From assembly GCA_965197475.1 (NCBI GenBank), contig CBDANF010000003.1:3232001-3296000 (forward strand): 64,000 nt of DNA, read 5' to 3'. Origin of the DNA: Candidatus Poribacteria bacterium (GTDB lineage Bacteria; Poribacteria; WGA-4E; WGA-3G). Position numbers and translations under genes: made by a program. The stretch's first letter is position 1; the number at the start of each line of letters is the position of its first letter. Below, one piece after another: positions 1 through 9,809 of the stretch. The notes under the pieces were generated by a model, which worked only from the letters and a program-made list of their open reading frames with translations, was not told the origin of the DNA and did no database searches.

Positions 1-423
1 CTAATTCCTTAGAATTAGAAGGTATATCAAACTCAACGAATACTGCAGAATCTTTGCCAGTTAATACAGCAGATTTATAAACTTCTTTTTTATCTATTTT
101 AAAGATAAAGATAGAACTTCCACCTACATTACAACTCGCATCAGCATTATTATTTACTTTATCCCTATCCCTATTAACGATAACCATACCTATATAACCT
201 TGAAACTCAATATAATTATTTGCAGTAAGATCATATTTAAGTATGGAATTATTAGGATGATCAGGAGGTGAAAGCGAAATGCCTTTTTCAAAGGTAATAT
301 TTTGAATAATTATAGGTTCACCTGTATTAGTTTTATCATCTGTAATATCATTTGCCCCCCAACCATTTTTATATTCATGTATAAGATTAATAGGTTTAAT
401 TCCATGTTCATTAGGACTATCTT
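1..423 (-). pseudogene. 5'-truncated AT-rich ORF encoding an NPCBM/NEW2-like carbohydrate-binding module; runs off the window start and is absent from the ORF track
   Basis: Manual minus-strand translation is open: ...YKNGWGANDITDDKTNTGEPIIIQNITFEKGISL...SILKYDLTANNYIEFQGYIG...GGSSIFIFKIDKKEVYKSAVL..., matching the NPCBM pattern. Its 5' end abuts the IS3 end at 424. Confidence 0.6.
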
Positions 424-462
424 TGAAGTGCTACCGTTTATTCAGACCAAAATTTAGCAAAG

Positions 463-1293
463 TTAAGACAAGTTTTTTTGCTCAAATTCCACAGGTGTCA
501 AATACCCTAACGCAGAGTGAGGGCGTTTGTGATTATACACTTGTGTAATAAAATGCCCAATGCGGGTTCTTGCTTCGTGGATGTCCTCATAGTCATTGAG
601 ATGAACTTCTTCTTCCTTGAGCGTGCGGATAAGTCTTTCAGCATATCCGTTCTCCCAAGGACACCCTCTCCGGGCGACTGAAATCTCAATCCCATGATGC
701 CTAAGCAGTGAGATGGACGCATTTGAAAGATATTGAACGCCTTGATCAGAATGATGGATCTCTGGGACACTTTGACATAATGCTGTCTCCAAGGGTTTCA
801 ACGTCAGAGATTGCGTCAAGTGTTGACTGATATGCCACCCTCTGATCATGCGAGTGAAGACATCCATGAGCAGACAAACATAGATAAAGTGTCCTTTGAG
901 GCGGACGTAGGTAATATCGCCCACCCAGGCCTGATTACATCGGGAGACATCAAGGTTTTCAAGGCGATTGCTCCAGGGACGCACACCCGCAACGGATGTC
1001 GTGGTTTGACAGACACGCTTGACAGAAACCGAGAGGTTGGCGGACTTCATCAATCGGGCAACACGTTTATACCCGATGGTGTATCCGTTACGCACCAACA
1101 ACTGTGTGGGACGCCTATATCCGTATGTTGGATATAGCAAAGATAACGTCTCTATTTCATCCTGGAGGCCCGCTTCACACGGGGCCTGCTTGGAGTGATA
1201 ATAGAGGTTGCTTCGGTTGAAACCGAGTGTCTCACATATCTGCCGAACCGAAAAGTCTGTCCGTAATGCCGTAACCATTTCTCGCTGCTCCAT
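463..1293 (-). CDS. IS3 transposase OrfB (rve/DDE integrase core)
   Basis: WVGDITY, HHSDQGVQY, ENGYAER and YNHKRPHSALGY motifs. Confidence 0.95.
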   Translation of the reverse strand: MEQREMVTALRTDFSVRQICETLGFNRSNLYYHSKQAPCEAGLQDEIETLSLLYPTYGYRRPTQLLVRNGYTIGYKRVARLMKSANLSVSVKRVCQTTTSVAGVRPWSNRLENLDVSRCNQAWVGDITYVRLKGHFIYVCLLMDVFTRMIRGWHISQHLTQSLTLKPLETALCQSVPEIHHSDQGVQYLSNASISLLRHHGIEISVARRGCPWENGYAERLIRTLKEEEVHLNDYEDIHEARTRIGHFITQVYNHKRPHSALGYLTPVEFEQKNLS

Positions 1294-1298
1294 CGAGG

Positions 1299-1589
1299 CT
1301 AACTCAAGTAAGTTGAGGCTTTTTTTTGGATGTCAAGTGCCAAGGTCAACCGCCCAACGAGTTGCTCAAGTTGGGCGATCCGCTCCGCAGAGGCATCAGA
1401 CTGTTTATCAGCGGGTTCAAAGAGGGTCGCCGCTTTTTCAAGAAGCTGTCGCTTCCACTTTGAAAGTTGTTCATCGATGAGGTTATGTCGCCGACACACT
1501 TCTGCTTGGGAACTTTCAACGCTGAGAGCCTCAAGAACAACTTCGGCTTTAAACTCGGGGGTGAAGTTTCTTCGTTTTCGTTTCGCCAT
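1299..1589 (-). CDS. IS3 transposase OrfA (HTH_Tnp_1)
   Basis: RRNFTPEFKAEVV...VCRRH..W HTH and a coiled coil. Confidence 0.93.
   Translation of the reverse strand: MAKRKRRNFTPEFKAEVVLEALSVESSQAEVCRRHNLIDEQLSKWKRQLLEKAATLFEPADKQSDASAERIAQLEQLVGRLTLALDIQKKASTYLS
1303..1327 (-). promoter_or_regulatory. Programmed -1 frameshift signal joining OrfA and OrfB
   Basis: Minus strand reads A8-G followed by the hairpin CTCAA-CTTAC-TTGAG. The -1 frame is open (KKSLNLLELASME) into OrfB. The same signal is present in copy 2. Confidence 0.8.
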
Positions 1590-1668
1590 CGGATACTCCT
1601 TTCAAGGAGATGGATATTATACCATAATCTTGTCTTAGAGAGCGGCCCGAATTTCCGGTGGCAGTACA

Positions 1669-2058
1669 CCTTCTTTTGAAGGAAGACACCCTGACAAACA
1701 CATAGCCGATATGGTGGGCTATTGTGTGCCACAGGGTAGCACATTGTCCCAAGATACCGGTTTTCAGGGTTTCACCCTCCCGGATATAAACATCATTCAA
1801 CCGAAGAAAAAACCGAGAGGTAGAGAACGGACGAATGAAGAAAAAGAAAACAATAGAAAGATAGCGTCTATACGCATACGCGTTGAACATGCGATTAGTG
1901 GTGTCAAAAGATGCCGCATTGTCAAAGATAAACTCAGGAATTGGAAGAAAGGGTTTTGTGATTTAGTTATGGAAACCTGTTGTGGTTTACACAATTTTCG
2001 CCTAAACTTCAGACCCTGGCGTTATGAAACTCCTTCTATTTAATTCATTATAATGTCT
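1669..2058 (+). mobile_element. 3' remnant of an IS5-family (ISL2-like) element, truncated by IS3
   Basis: Near-identical to 24581-24970; ends TTATAATGTCT followed by ATT; ORF 1711-2043 is the transposase C-terminus. Confidence 0.9.
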
Positions 2059-2163
2059 ATTATATTAGACGCGTCAGATCCTGAACGGTTTACGTTTTTG
2101 CTATTCACCTTTGTGCCTATCTGCCACATATTTTAAAGTACTTAAAGGATTTGCATGAGGATT

Positions 2164-3771
2164 CTAGGGATTGACAACCGTAACACTGTCACCAACTTTG
2201 AGAGAATGCTGCCCGGCAATGACAACGGATTCACCTTCATTCAGTCCATTCACAACTTCAACTTCACCGCCACGCGCGAGTCCTATCTCCACAGGACGGC
2301 GTTGGCTTACTCCTGCTTCAACGACAAAAACGTTCTGCGTTTTCGTTTCAGCATCTTCAATCAGTGAAGTGCGGGGAACCAGTATGGTATCTTTCCGCAC
2401 CTTAACAGGGACGGTAACTTTTGCGAACATTCCCGGTTTCAGCGTACCTGCGGAGTTATCAATACGAAATTCAACGGTTGCTGTGCGCTGCAGCGGTTGC
2501 AATGTCGGACTAATATATGCAATCGTGGTTAATATTGGGGTCTCGATCCCATCAATATTGATTACGGCTTGTTGATTCAATTTCAATTGGCTTAACTGTG
2601 CTTCAATGACATCCGCTGTCGCTTTGACTGTGTCAATATCCACAATTTCAAATAGTGGTGCTGTTGGCACAGCCATGCCTCCCAAATCTAAGAAACGTTG
2701 TGAAACAATACCCGCAATGGGTGCTTCAATTGTGGCATCTCTAAGCCGTTTCTGTGCAAGTTTGAGCGCGATGCTTGCTTGGGTACGTCCGGTTTTCGCA
2801 ATGGTAATTTCCGCTTCCCAACTTTTTGCTTTTTCTAATGCGTGTGCGGATGTAAGTCCTGCTCGTGCTGTTTCAACTTGAGATCGTGCAAGTGCGATGT
2901 CTTTTTCCCAAGTTTTGGTGGAAGCTTGTGCTTGTGCCAATATCAGAGCAGCCTTTGCTTGTTCAACCTGTGCTGCCATCGCTTGGATATCTTCCTCACG
3001 AGCACCGTTATCAATCAATTGAACTTGTTCTTTGGCAATTTTATGTTGTGCTGTAACAACATCCAACTGTGTCTGACTGTTTTCTAAAGATTGTTGACTA
3101 ATCGCACCGTTTTTAAAAAGTTGTGCCATACGGGCGTAGTTGCTTTGCGCATTGACGAGGTTAGCCTTTGCCTGATTCAAACCTGCTTGAGCTTGCCGCC
3201 GATCTTCATCGCGCGCACCCGTTTTAATTTTTTCCAGATTTGCAACAAGAGATTTTAACCCTGCTTCAGCTTGGTCAATTTGCGTGGTTGTGCGAATTTC
3301 AGCAAGTTCTTTCACCTGTTGTAGCGAAATTTCAGCTGCGTTAACTTGTGCTTTTGCTTGTGCTACCTGTGAATGGACGCGCACCTCAGCGAGTTGCTGT
3401 GCCTGAGAGTACCCGGTTTCAGCAGCTTCGAGGGTCGCATCTGCTTGTTCTACTGCGAGTTTTAACTCCTCATGCTCAATGACAGCAAGCTTATCACCTT
3501 TATTGACTCGGTCACCTTCAGTTTTAAGAATGTCAATAATGCGTCCGGAAGTTTTGGGAATCACGTTCACACGCGATTCCGCTTCAATTGTCCCTGACAA
3601 CTGAAGTTCTGAACGAATTTCTCCCCGTTTCGCTTTCACGATTTCTACAGGTTTAGCAATATCGGTTTGTGCTTCTTGTTCTACTACCGGTTTTTCAGGT
3701 TTCAAAAATCGGAACATTGCGATAACAGCTATCACTGCAATTATGATAATGCCAATCCAAAATTTTTTCAA
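2164..3771 (-). CDS. Efflux periplasmic adaptor (MFP/HlyD family) with a long coiled-coil hairpin
   Basis: N-terminal TM segment; lipoyl-like motifs GDRVNKGDKLA and IEAPIAGIV; LKPGMFA; GLNEGESVV. Confidence 0.9.
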   Translation of the reverse strand: MKKFWIGIIIIAVIAVIAMFRFLKPEKPVVEQEAQTDIAKPVEIVKAKRGEIRSELQLSGTIEAESRVNVIPKTSGRIIDILKTEGDRVNKGDKLAVIEHEELKLAVEQADATLEAAETGYSQAQQLAEVRVHSQVAQAKAQVNAAEISLQQVKELAEIRTTTQIDQAEAGLKSLVANLEKIKTGARDEDRRQAQAGLNQAKANLVNAQSNYARMAQLFKNGAISQQSLENSQTQLDVVTAQHKIAKEQVQLIDNGAREEDIQAMAAQVEQAKAALILAQAQASTKTWEKDIALARSQVETARAGLTSAHALEKAKSWEAEITIAKTGRTQASIALKLAQKRLRDATIEAPIAGIVSQRFLDLGGMAVPTAPLFEIVDIDTVKATADVIEAQLSQLKLNQQAVINIDGIETPILTTIAYISPTLQPLQRTATVEFRIDNSAGTLKPGMFAKVTVPVKVRKDTILVPRTSLIEDAETKTQNVFVVEAGVSQRRPVEIGLARGGEVEVVNGLNEGESVVIAGQHSLKVGDSVTVVNP

Positions 3772-3931
3772 TTGTGTAATTCTCCTTCAGCAAGTGGGTA
3801 AGATTGCCCACCTTTAGACAATGGTAAAAATAAAATCTGTAGACACCTGATAGTAAGCGCGCTGATCAACAATGTTCCGTCAATTGTAAAACCTACAACA
3901 AGTATCTTTTTTAGGTTAAGTTTTAAGTTAT

Positions 3932-5350
3932 CTATTGTATTTTTTGCCCTAATGCTTTTTCCAGCCGTGCCAGACCGACAACATAATCGTGTTGTGCTTG
4001 CAGACGGTTGACTTTCGATTGCATCAAAGCGAGTTGTGTGTCGGCAAGTTCAACAGTGGTAATCATACCGTTTTCAAATCGAAGTGTAGCAATCCGGACA
4101 CTTTCTTGTGCCTGCGCCACGGTTTCACGCTGAACATCAATCAGGGTTTTTGCTTCAAGTAAGGCAAGATAGGCATTCCGCACTTCAGATTCAACAATGG
4201 ACATCGTCTGTTTTGTGCCTAATTGAAGTTGTTTTAGAACCGATTCACTCTGTTTTACTCCCGCACGAGAAGCAAATCCATCGAAAATTGGGATATTTAT
4301 TTGCAATCCAAGACTCCAAATACGGTTCATTTGGGTGAGTCTTTCATTATGAGAAATTTGATAGTTCGAGAAAAAAGCGAGATCAGGCAGGTTTCGGGTC
4401 TTCGCAACACTCAGTTGTTTTTGACCAGCTTGTTCGTTGAGTTGTGACCGAGTGATTTCCGCACGCTTTTCAAGAGCCAATTTTATTAATTCATCAAGTT
4501 GAATTTTGACTTCAGTAATCTCAAAAGAACCCTCTACTGAAATCGCTTCAGAGAGGGGTAGGTTCAGTAATGTTTTGTAGGCATTTTTTGCTGTTTTGAC
4601 ACCATTTTTGGCACGAATCAGTAATGATTTTGCATTTGCAAGTTGCACTTTCGCACGAAGCACATCGAAATTGGTTGTCGCCCCAGCATCAAAAGACGTT
4701 TGCGCGATGCCGAGTTGTTTCTCAATAAGTTCCACGCTTTGTTCAGCGACTTTCACAAATTCTTGGACTATCAAAACCCGATAGAATGCCTCATATACAT
4801 CCAAACGAAGTTTATTGTATGCAGCTGTTAACTCTTTTTGTGCCACTTCATATCCAAGTTTTGCGGCTTGGTAGCCGTAGTAGTAGCGTCCCCAAGCAAA
4901 CACAGGTTGCGTTAAACTCACTGTACCTTGAAGATTGTGGTGCGCTCCAAACTCTAATTCAATCAGCTCAGCTTCATTATCCATACTCGGTGTTGACATG
5001 TCATTCATATCTTCGTCAGGCATATCTTCGTCAGGCATATCTTCGTCAGGCATAGGAAACCCGAAACCGCCATCTGCCTGTATAACCGATTTTTGGACAT
5101 CTTTGAAATAGGTATAGTTGCCATTTGCTGAAAGTCGTGGTAACATTGCTGCACGGGCAACACTAATTTGTGCCTCAGCGGATTTCAGTTTTTGTTCTGC
5201 AGCCTGAATCGTGAGATTACTTTGTTTGGCAATTTGCAAACTTTGTTCAAGGTTTAACACTTTGGGTTCTTCTGCGGATATAGAAAAAGTTATCAAAAGT
5301 AGTAAAAAGGTTCCTACCCAAATTGAGTAATGGAACCGTGAAAAATTCAT
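3932..5350 (-). CDS. TolC-family outer membrane efflux protein
   Basis: Signal peptide; LPRLS..., LTQPVF and PIFDGF motifs; two OEP repeats; ATG at 5350 after GGAGG. Confidence 0.9.
   Translation of the reverse strand: MNFSRFHYSIWVGTFLLLLITFSISAEEPKVLNLEQSLQIAKQSNLTIQAAEQKLKSAEAQISVARAAMLPRLSANGNYTYFKDVQKSVIQADGGFGFPMPDEDMPDEDMPDEDMNDMSTPSMDNEAELIELEFGAHHNLQGTVSLTQPVFAWGRYYYGYQAAKLGYEVAQKELTAAYNKLRLDVYEAFYRVLIVQEFVKVAEQSVELIEKQLGIAQTSFDAGATTNFDVLRAKVQLANAKSLLIRAKNGVKTAKNAYKTLLNLPLSEAISVEGSFEITEVKIQLDELIKLALEKRAEITRSQLNEQAGQKQLSVAKTRNLPDLAFFSNYQISHNERLTQMNRIWSLGLQINIPIFDGFASRAGVKQSESVLKQLQLGTKQTMSIVESEVRNAYLALLEAKTLIDVQRETVAQAQESVRIATLRFENGMITTVELADTQLALMQSKVNRLQAQHDYVVGLARLEKALGQKIQ
5006..5053. 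repeat. 15-bp coding tandem repeat (about 3 copies; MPDED) in the TolC gene
   Basis: catatcttcgtcagg repeated. Confidence 0.9.
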
Positions 5351-5413
5351 GTGTGTTGTTTCCTCCAAATGAGTGCAAAATTGGATCTAGCACCTCATAT
5401 CAGATTAATTCGT

Positions 5414-5504
5414 TATACCAAATTAACTGGATTTATCTTATTTTCTGGGTATTATGCGCGCTTACAAAGCACGCATACCGAGTGAGACTAAGTTAATTTG
5501 GTAT
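5414..5504. mobile_element. MITE-like element with TIR ATACCAAATTAACT and an internal REP hairpin
   Basis: ataccaaattaact...agttaatttggtat; related copies at 27672-27774 and 30768-30860. Confidence 0.7.
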
Positions 5505-5526
5505 CAGATAGCATCTCATAATATAT

Positions 5527-5553
5527 GATAGGTGCATCCGAAGCGTACCTATC
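5527..5553. repeat. REP-like palindrome
   Basis: gataggtgc-atccgaa-gcgtacctatc; related to 59431-59458. Confidence 0.55.
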
Positions 5554-5569
5554 GGTGTGAATTATAGAT

Positions 5570-7447
5570 TTAATAGCGAAGAATTGTTGTTGAATCACCG
5601 ACGATCCACAACGTCCCGTTCGGCATTTTCACAATATCCCTCAGATTGTTCGTGGTTGGGGAATTAGACTTCAACCATGTAACACCACCATCAGAAGTAT
5701 ATAGTATTATGCCTTTATCACCGACTACCCATCCCTCTTTTTCGGTTACAAAGAGTATAGCGTTGAGGTTTTCATCGGTTGGAACTGTTTGATCAATCCA
5801 TGTCTCACCACCATCAGTGGTAACCATGATTGTGCCTTGACTGCCAGCAACCCACGCGGTTTGCGGGTTAATAGCATAAACATCCTGCAATTGCGCGAAA
5901 CCCATGGTGATACGCCAAGTTTCGCCGCCATCAGTTGTCTTAGCGATTGTTCCTCCCATACCGACTACTAAACCGACTTTGTCATTTATGAAATGGACAC
6001 CGAATAGGATGTTAAAGCCTGCTCCTGTATATCCGGGATCTATGTCTTGTCCAATCCACGTTTGTCCGCTGTCGGTGGTCCGCATTACTTTCCCTGTTCC
6101 ACCTACTAACCATGCGTGGGTCGCAGTACCAAAACTCAAACCGTAGGATGCTACTTGGCTGCGAAAACCCATCTCTCCATACTGGATCCGATCAACAGAG
6201 TGTCCACCTTCATCCCTCGGGTTACTTACACTTTTCCATGTGTTTCCGCCATCAAGCGTTTCAAGTAAAGCTGCGTTACTACCAACGATGTAGCCTCTGT
6301 TTGCGTCAACAAAACCGACTCCGAAAAGCTCAAATACATTCCCACTATTTTGAGGATTCCATGTTTTACCGCCATCGTTAGTATGTAGAACACTTCCAGC
6401 TAAACCGACTGTCCAACCGAGTTTGTCGTTATGAAAATGGATAGCGCGTAGATCGTTTGTATTAGAAACGACTTCCCAAGTTGCCCCACCATCGGTTGTG
6501 TGAAGGATTGTCGCCTTATCTCCGACTATCCATGCTTCAGTGGGACTCATCATTTGAACGCCTTGCAGACGCGCAGCTACAGGTCGATAGTTGAGCGGTC
6601 TCCACGTTTTCCCGCCATCCTTTGTTCTGAGAATTACACCGAATTCTGCCGCTGCGATACCAATATTTTTATTTGCGAAATGTACATCCCAAATCGGTTC
6701 AGGCATCCCGTTGGAATTTGGCACATTACTCTGCTGAACTTCCCAATTTATTCCGTCCGTAGTCCCAACAATAGCACCGCCCGCTCCAACTGCCCAGCCA
6801 ATTGTGTCGTCCAGCATCGAAATCGCATCAAGGGTGCTAGCTGTATTAATTTTGGGGTTCTGCCATGTGTTCCCACCGTCGGTCGTATGAAGTAAGGTGC
6901 CACCACCTCCCGCGGCCCAACCGACTAGAGAATTGACGAAGTGAATACCTTCGATTGTGTTATTGGTTCCGATAGTCTGTTTATACCACGAAACACCACC
7001 GTCCTTAGTATGCATCACGAATCCGCCATCACCACACGCCCAGCCATTCTGTGCATCAGTGAATGAGACACCTAACAGTGCCACACGGGTACCGGTGGAT
7101 AATTTGTTCCACTCTTGTCCACCATTAAGTGTTTTTATGACCGTACCGTCATCCCCAACTGCCCAACCAATTGTAGTACTGATAAACCGCACTTTCTTCA
7201 ACTCAATTTTAAATGGTAAGGGTTGATTCGGTTGCTGTTTCCATGTCTTACCGCCATCTATTGTATTTAATATCGTTGAATTGCTACCGACAATCCATCC
7301 GTGTTGAGCGTCTACGAAAAAAACATCAGAAAAAGAACCTTGCCACTGAGATTCGCTTACCTTCACCCACGATTTTTGGGCAAGCACGAAGGGTGTTGTG
7401 CAAAGCAACAAAGTCAAGACTATTGAAAATAAGATTCCCCGCTTCAT
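5570..7447 (-). CDS. Secreted YCF48-like / BNR (Asp-box) repeat double beta-propeller protein
   Basis: Signal peptide; many T.DGG.TW Asp-boxes with GW.VG..G.I units; AGGAGG before the ATG at 7447. Confidence 0.88.
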   Translation of the reverse strand: MKRGILFSIVLTLLLCTTPFVLAQKSWVKVSESQWQGSFSDVFFVDAQHGWIVGSNSTILNTIDGGKTWKQQPNQPLPFKIELKKVRFISTTIGWAVGDDGTVIKTLNGGQEWNKLSTGTRVALLGVSFTDAQNGWACGDGGFVMHTKDGGVSWYKQTIGTNNTIEGIHFVNSLVGWAAGGGGTLLHTTDGGNTWQNPKINTASTLDAISMLDDTIGWAVGAGGAIVGTTDGINWEVQQSNVPNSNGMPEPIWDVHFANKNIGIAAAEFGVILRTKDGGKTWRPLNYRPVAARLQGVQMMSPTEAWIVGDKATILHTTDGGATWEVVSNTNDLRAIHFHNDKLGWTVGLAGSVLHTNDGGKTWNPQNSGNVFELFGVGFVDANRGYIVGSNAALLETLDGGNTWKSVSNPRDEGGHSVDRIQYGEMGFRSQVASYGLSFGTATHAWLVGGTGKVMRTTDSGQTWIGQDIDPGYTGAGFNILFGVHFINDKVGLVVGMGGTIAKTTDGGETWRITMGFAQLQDVYAINPQTAWVAGSQGTIMVTTDGGETWIDQTVPTDENLNAILFVTEKEGWVVGDKGIILYTSDGGVTWLKSNSPTTNNLRDIVKMPNGTLWIVGDSTTILRY

Positions 7448-7762
7448 AAAAATTCCTCCTACATTTATTCTAATCAATTTTTACACTAATTCGGTGGTGC
7501 GTGCTTCGGAAACACGCCCTTTATATTATGAGATAATATCTGTAAATCCGTTAAAGTATACCACGTTATAAATTATACGTCAACGTGAATTTGAGTTGTA
7601 GCAGAGGCATTCAGTTTTCGGTTTTTTGTGTGTTTTAATCGTAAAGTCGCGACCGAGAGGTCGCTCCTACAGAGGAGGAACCTTGAGCAGAAGGTAGCAA
7701 CTACTGGAGAATTGAATGGCTCTGGAGTTGTAGCGAGGGCATTTGGACCTGGCAAAATATAC

Positions 7763-7791
7763 TTGTCAAAACGATGTATATTTGCTATTAT
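7763..7791 (+). promoter_or_regulatory. Putative sigma70 promoter for the Ogl-like gene
   Basis: TTGTCA-17bp-TATTAT with an extended -10 TG. Confidence 0.45.
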
Positions 7792-7875
7792 TGAAGGCAA
7801 AATAGCACTTGGTTGTTGAACTTATAAAAAACATTCTTTTGGTTAAGACAGAAGTGTTGCCTTTAGGGAGAAATT

Positions 7876-9003
7876 ATGGCAAAATTCGCAAAAGGTTCCG
7901 TTCATCCATCAGAACTACAGGAATTTGAGGATCAAAATACGAGAGCGCATATTTATCAACTTACAAACGATACGACCATTAACCATAACCTCTATTTTCT
8001 AACCCCATCCTTTACGCCAGACCAAAACCATCTGATTTTCACCTCCTATCGTTCAGGGAAAGCGAATTTCTTCAAACTCGAATTTCCTAATGGAGATATT
8101 GTGCAGTTGACGAATGGTGACGAAGTGCATGGGTATTCTGGTGTAATCACAAAAGACGGAACAGAACTCTTTTACACAGAAGGAGATTCTATTAAAGCGA
8201 TTCATCTTGACACTTTTGAGGAACGTGTACTTGCAGAATTTCCGGATGGTAGCCTTGGGGAATGCAGTGTGAGTGCAGATGAAAAGTTTATCGTAACAGC
8301 GATGAAACGTGATGGGAAATCACACATTACTGTCACTGCGACCGATGGCAGCGGCGGTGAGATTGTCTATACCTCACCGGAACAGACGATTATCCATCCT
8401 CAGTTCCATCCGAAACATGCGGATATGATTGCCTATTCCGGTGACCCCGCGCCACGTATGTGGACTATTAACCGTGATGGCACCGAAAATCGAATGCTGT
8501 ATCAGCATGGTAACAACGAGTTTCTTGTCCACGAGGCCTTTCTTGGATCGCAGGACGAATTGATTGTAACACATTGGCCTTATGCCTTGCGGCGCATATC
8601 GTTAGATACGCTTGAGATGCAGACAATCTCAGACTTTAATGCGTGGCATATTGCGAGTAATCGGACTGGGACAAAGGTGTTGTGTGATACTGTCCATCCA
8701 GATATCGGGTTGCGGTTGGTTGATGTGAAAACGGGGGAACATGTGCCTATCTGTTATCCGCAGAGTTCGTCAAGTGGAAGTCAATGGAAAAAGGATCGGT
8801 ATGCACTCGCTGCGGATTGGGCAGCAGCACAACAGGCAGGGGATCGTGAGAAATCGTTGAGTTGGATGGAGATGAAAGTGGATACGGTGTATGGTCCGCA
8901 GTGGACACATCCGCATCCATCTTTTAGTCCTGATGAAACGGCGGTGGTGTATACCTCGGATGTATCGGGGCATTCGCAAGTTTACGTTGCTGTGATTCCT
9001 TGA
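7876..9003 (+). CDS. Oligogalacturonate lyase (Ogl/PL22)-like beta-propeller protein
   Basis: HNLYF..SFT.D...LIF near the N-terminus; HPQF, HE and THPHPSFSPD...YTSD motifs. Confidence 0.75.
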   Translation: MAKFAKGSVHPSELQEFEDQNTRAHIYQLTNDTTINHNLYFLTPSFTPDQNHLIFTSYRSGKANFFKLEFPNGDIVQLTNGDEVHGYSGVITKDGTELFYTEGDSIKAIHLDTFEERVLAEFPDGSLGECSVSADEKFIVTAMKRDGKSHITVTATDGSGGEIVYTSPEQTIIHPQFHPKHADMIAYSGDPAPRMWTINRDGTENRMLYQHGNNEFLVHEAFLGSQDELIVTHWPYALRRISLDTLEMQTISDFNAWHIASNRTGTKVLCDTVHPDIGLRLVDVKTGEHVPICYPQSSSSGSQWKKDRYALAADWAAAQQAGDREKSLSWMEMKVDTVYGPQWTHPHPSFSPDETAVVYTSDVSGHSQVYVAVIP

Positions 9004-9048
9004 AGTTGCAAAGGAAATGCAATCATACAATCATTTAGATGATTGCAA

Positions 9049-9735
9049 TTAGGGGAGTACAGGCACAATGTGCTTTAGCGCGCCTTCTTTCTGAGCAAAA
9101 TCTTTGAGCTCCGGATCAAGGTTTACCGCTTGCTTAAGGGATTCTAAAGATTTTTGCGGTTCATCCGAAAGGGCATAAGCACACGCAAGGTTATAGTGCA
9201 ATAGTGGAGCTTCGGGAAAAGTTTGTAGCGCATGTAGGCATATCTTACGGGCATTGGTAGGTTCGTTTTTCTGGAGATAGACGGTTGCCAAATTGACATA
9301 AACTTCTGCCATATACGGTGCCATCCGTATCGCTTTCTTGAAGGTTTCAATGGCTTGTGAATATTGATTCGCCTGTAAGTAAGCTTGTCCAAGGTTATTG
9401 TACGCAGAAGGAGCATTTTTGAAAAAAATGGTACGACTTTTGTTTTTGATCGCTTTTTGATATGCTTCAATAGCTTGTTCGGGTTCGCCGTTACGCATGT
9501 GGAAGGATGCTTTTCGATAGTTGTCATTGAACTGTGTTTGATGGTGCCAGACCCACAAAAACAGTAATGTCACCGCAAGGCAAAACGTCATACAACCGAT
9601 TCTGAAAACTTTATTTGTTGGTGCTTGTTCAGCATCGGAATCTTCAATAGATTCATGTTCTTGAGTTTCGTTCGGATCCGTGTCAAGTTCGTCTATAGGT
9701 TCATGTTCTTGAGTTTGATTTTCGTTTGAAGCCAT
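9049..9735 (-). CDS. Membrane-anchored TPR protein
   Basis: Acidic N-terminus, one TM helix, TPR motifs AYNNLG, YVNLA and HYNLACAY. Confidence 0.85.
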   Translation of the reverse strand: MASNENQTQEHEPIDELDTDPNETQEHESIEDSDAEQAPTNKVFRIGCMTFCLAVTLLFLWVWHHQTQFNDNYRKASFHMRNGEPEQAIEAYQKAIKNKSRTIFFKNAPSAYNNLGQAYLQANQYSQAIETFKKAIRMAPYMAEVYVNLATVYLQKNEPTNARKICLHALQTFPEAPLLHYNLACAYALSDEPQKSLESLKQAVNLDPELKDFAQKEGALKHIVPVLP

Positions 9736-9809
9736 AATTAAAATTTATTATAAAGTCGCAGTTCAAAATTTCAATTGGGGTTTCTTAGCTCACAGAAGGA
9801 ATACAAAAA

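Larger units (their letters stand above)
424..1668 (-). mobile_element. IS3-family insertion sequence, copy 1
   Basis: TG...CA ends with imperfect 25-bp IRs (TGTACTGCCACCGGAAATTCGGGCC / TGAAGTGCTACCGTTTATTCAGACC); orfA plus orfB in the -1 frame; nearly identical to 20227-21471; flanks CTT and CCT give no matching target duplication. Confidence 0.95.
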
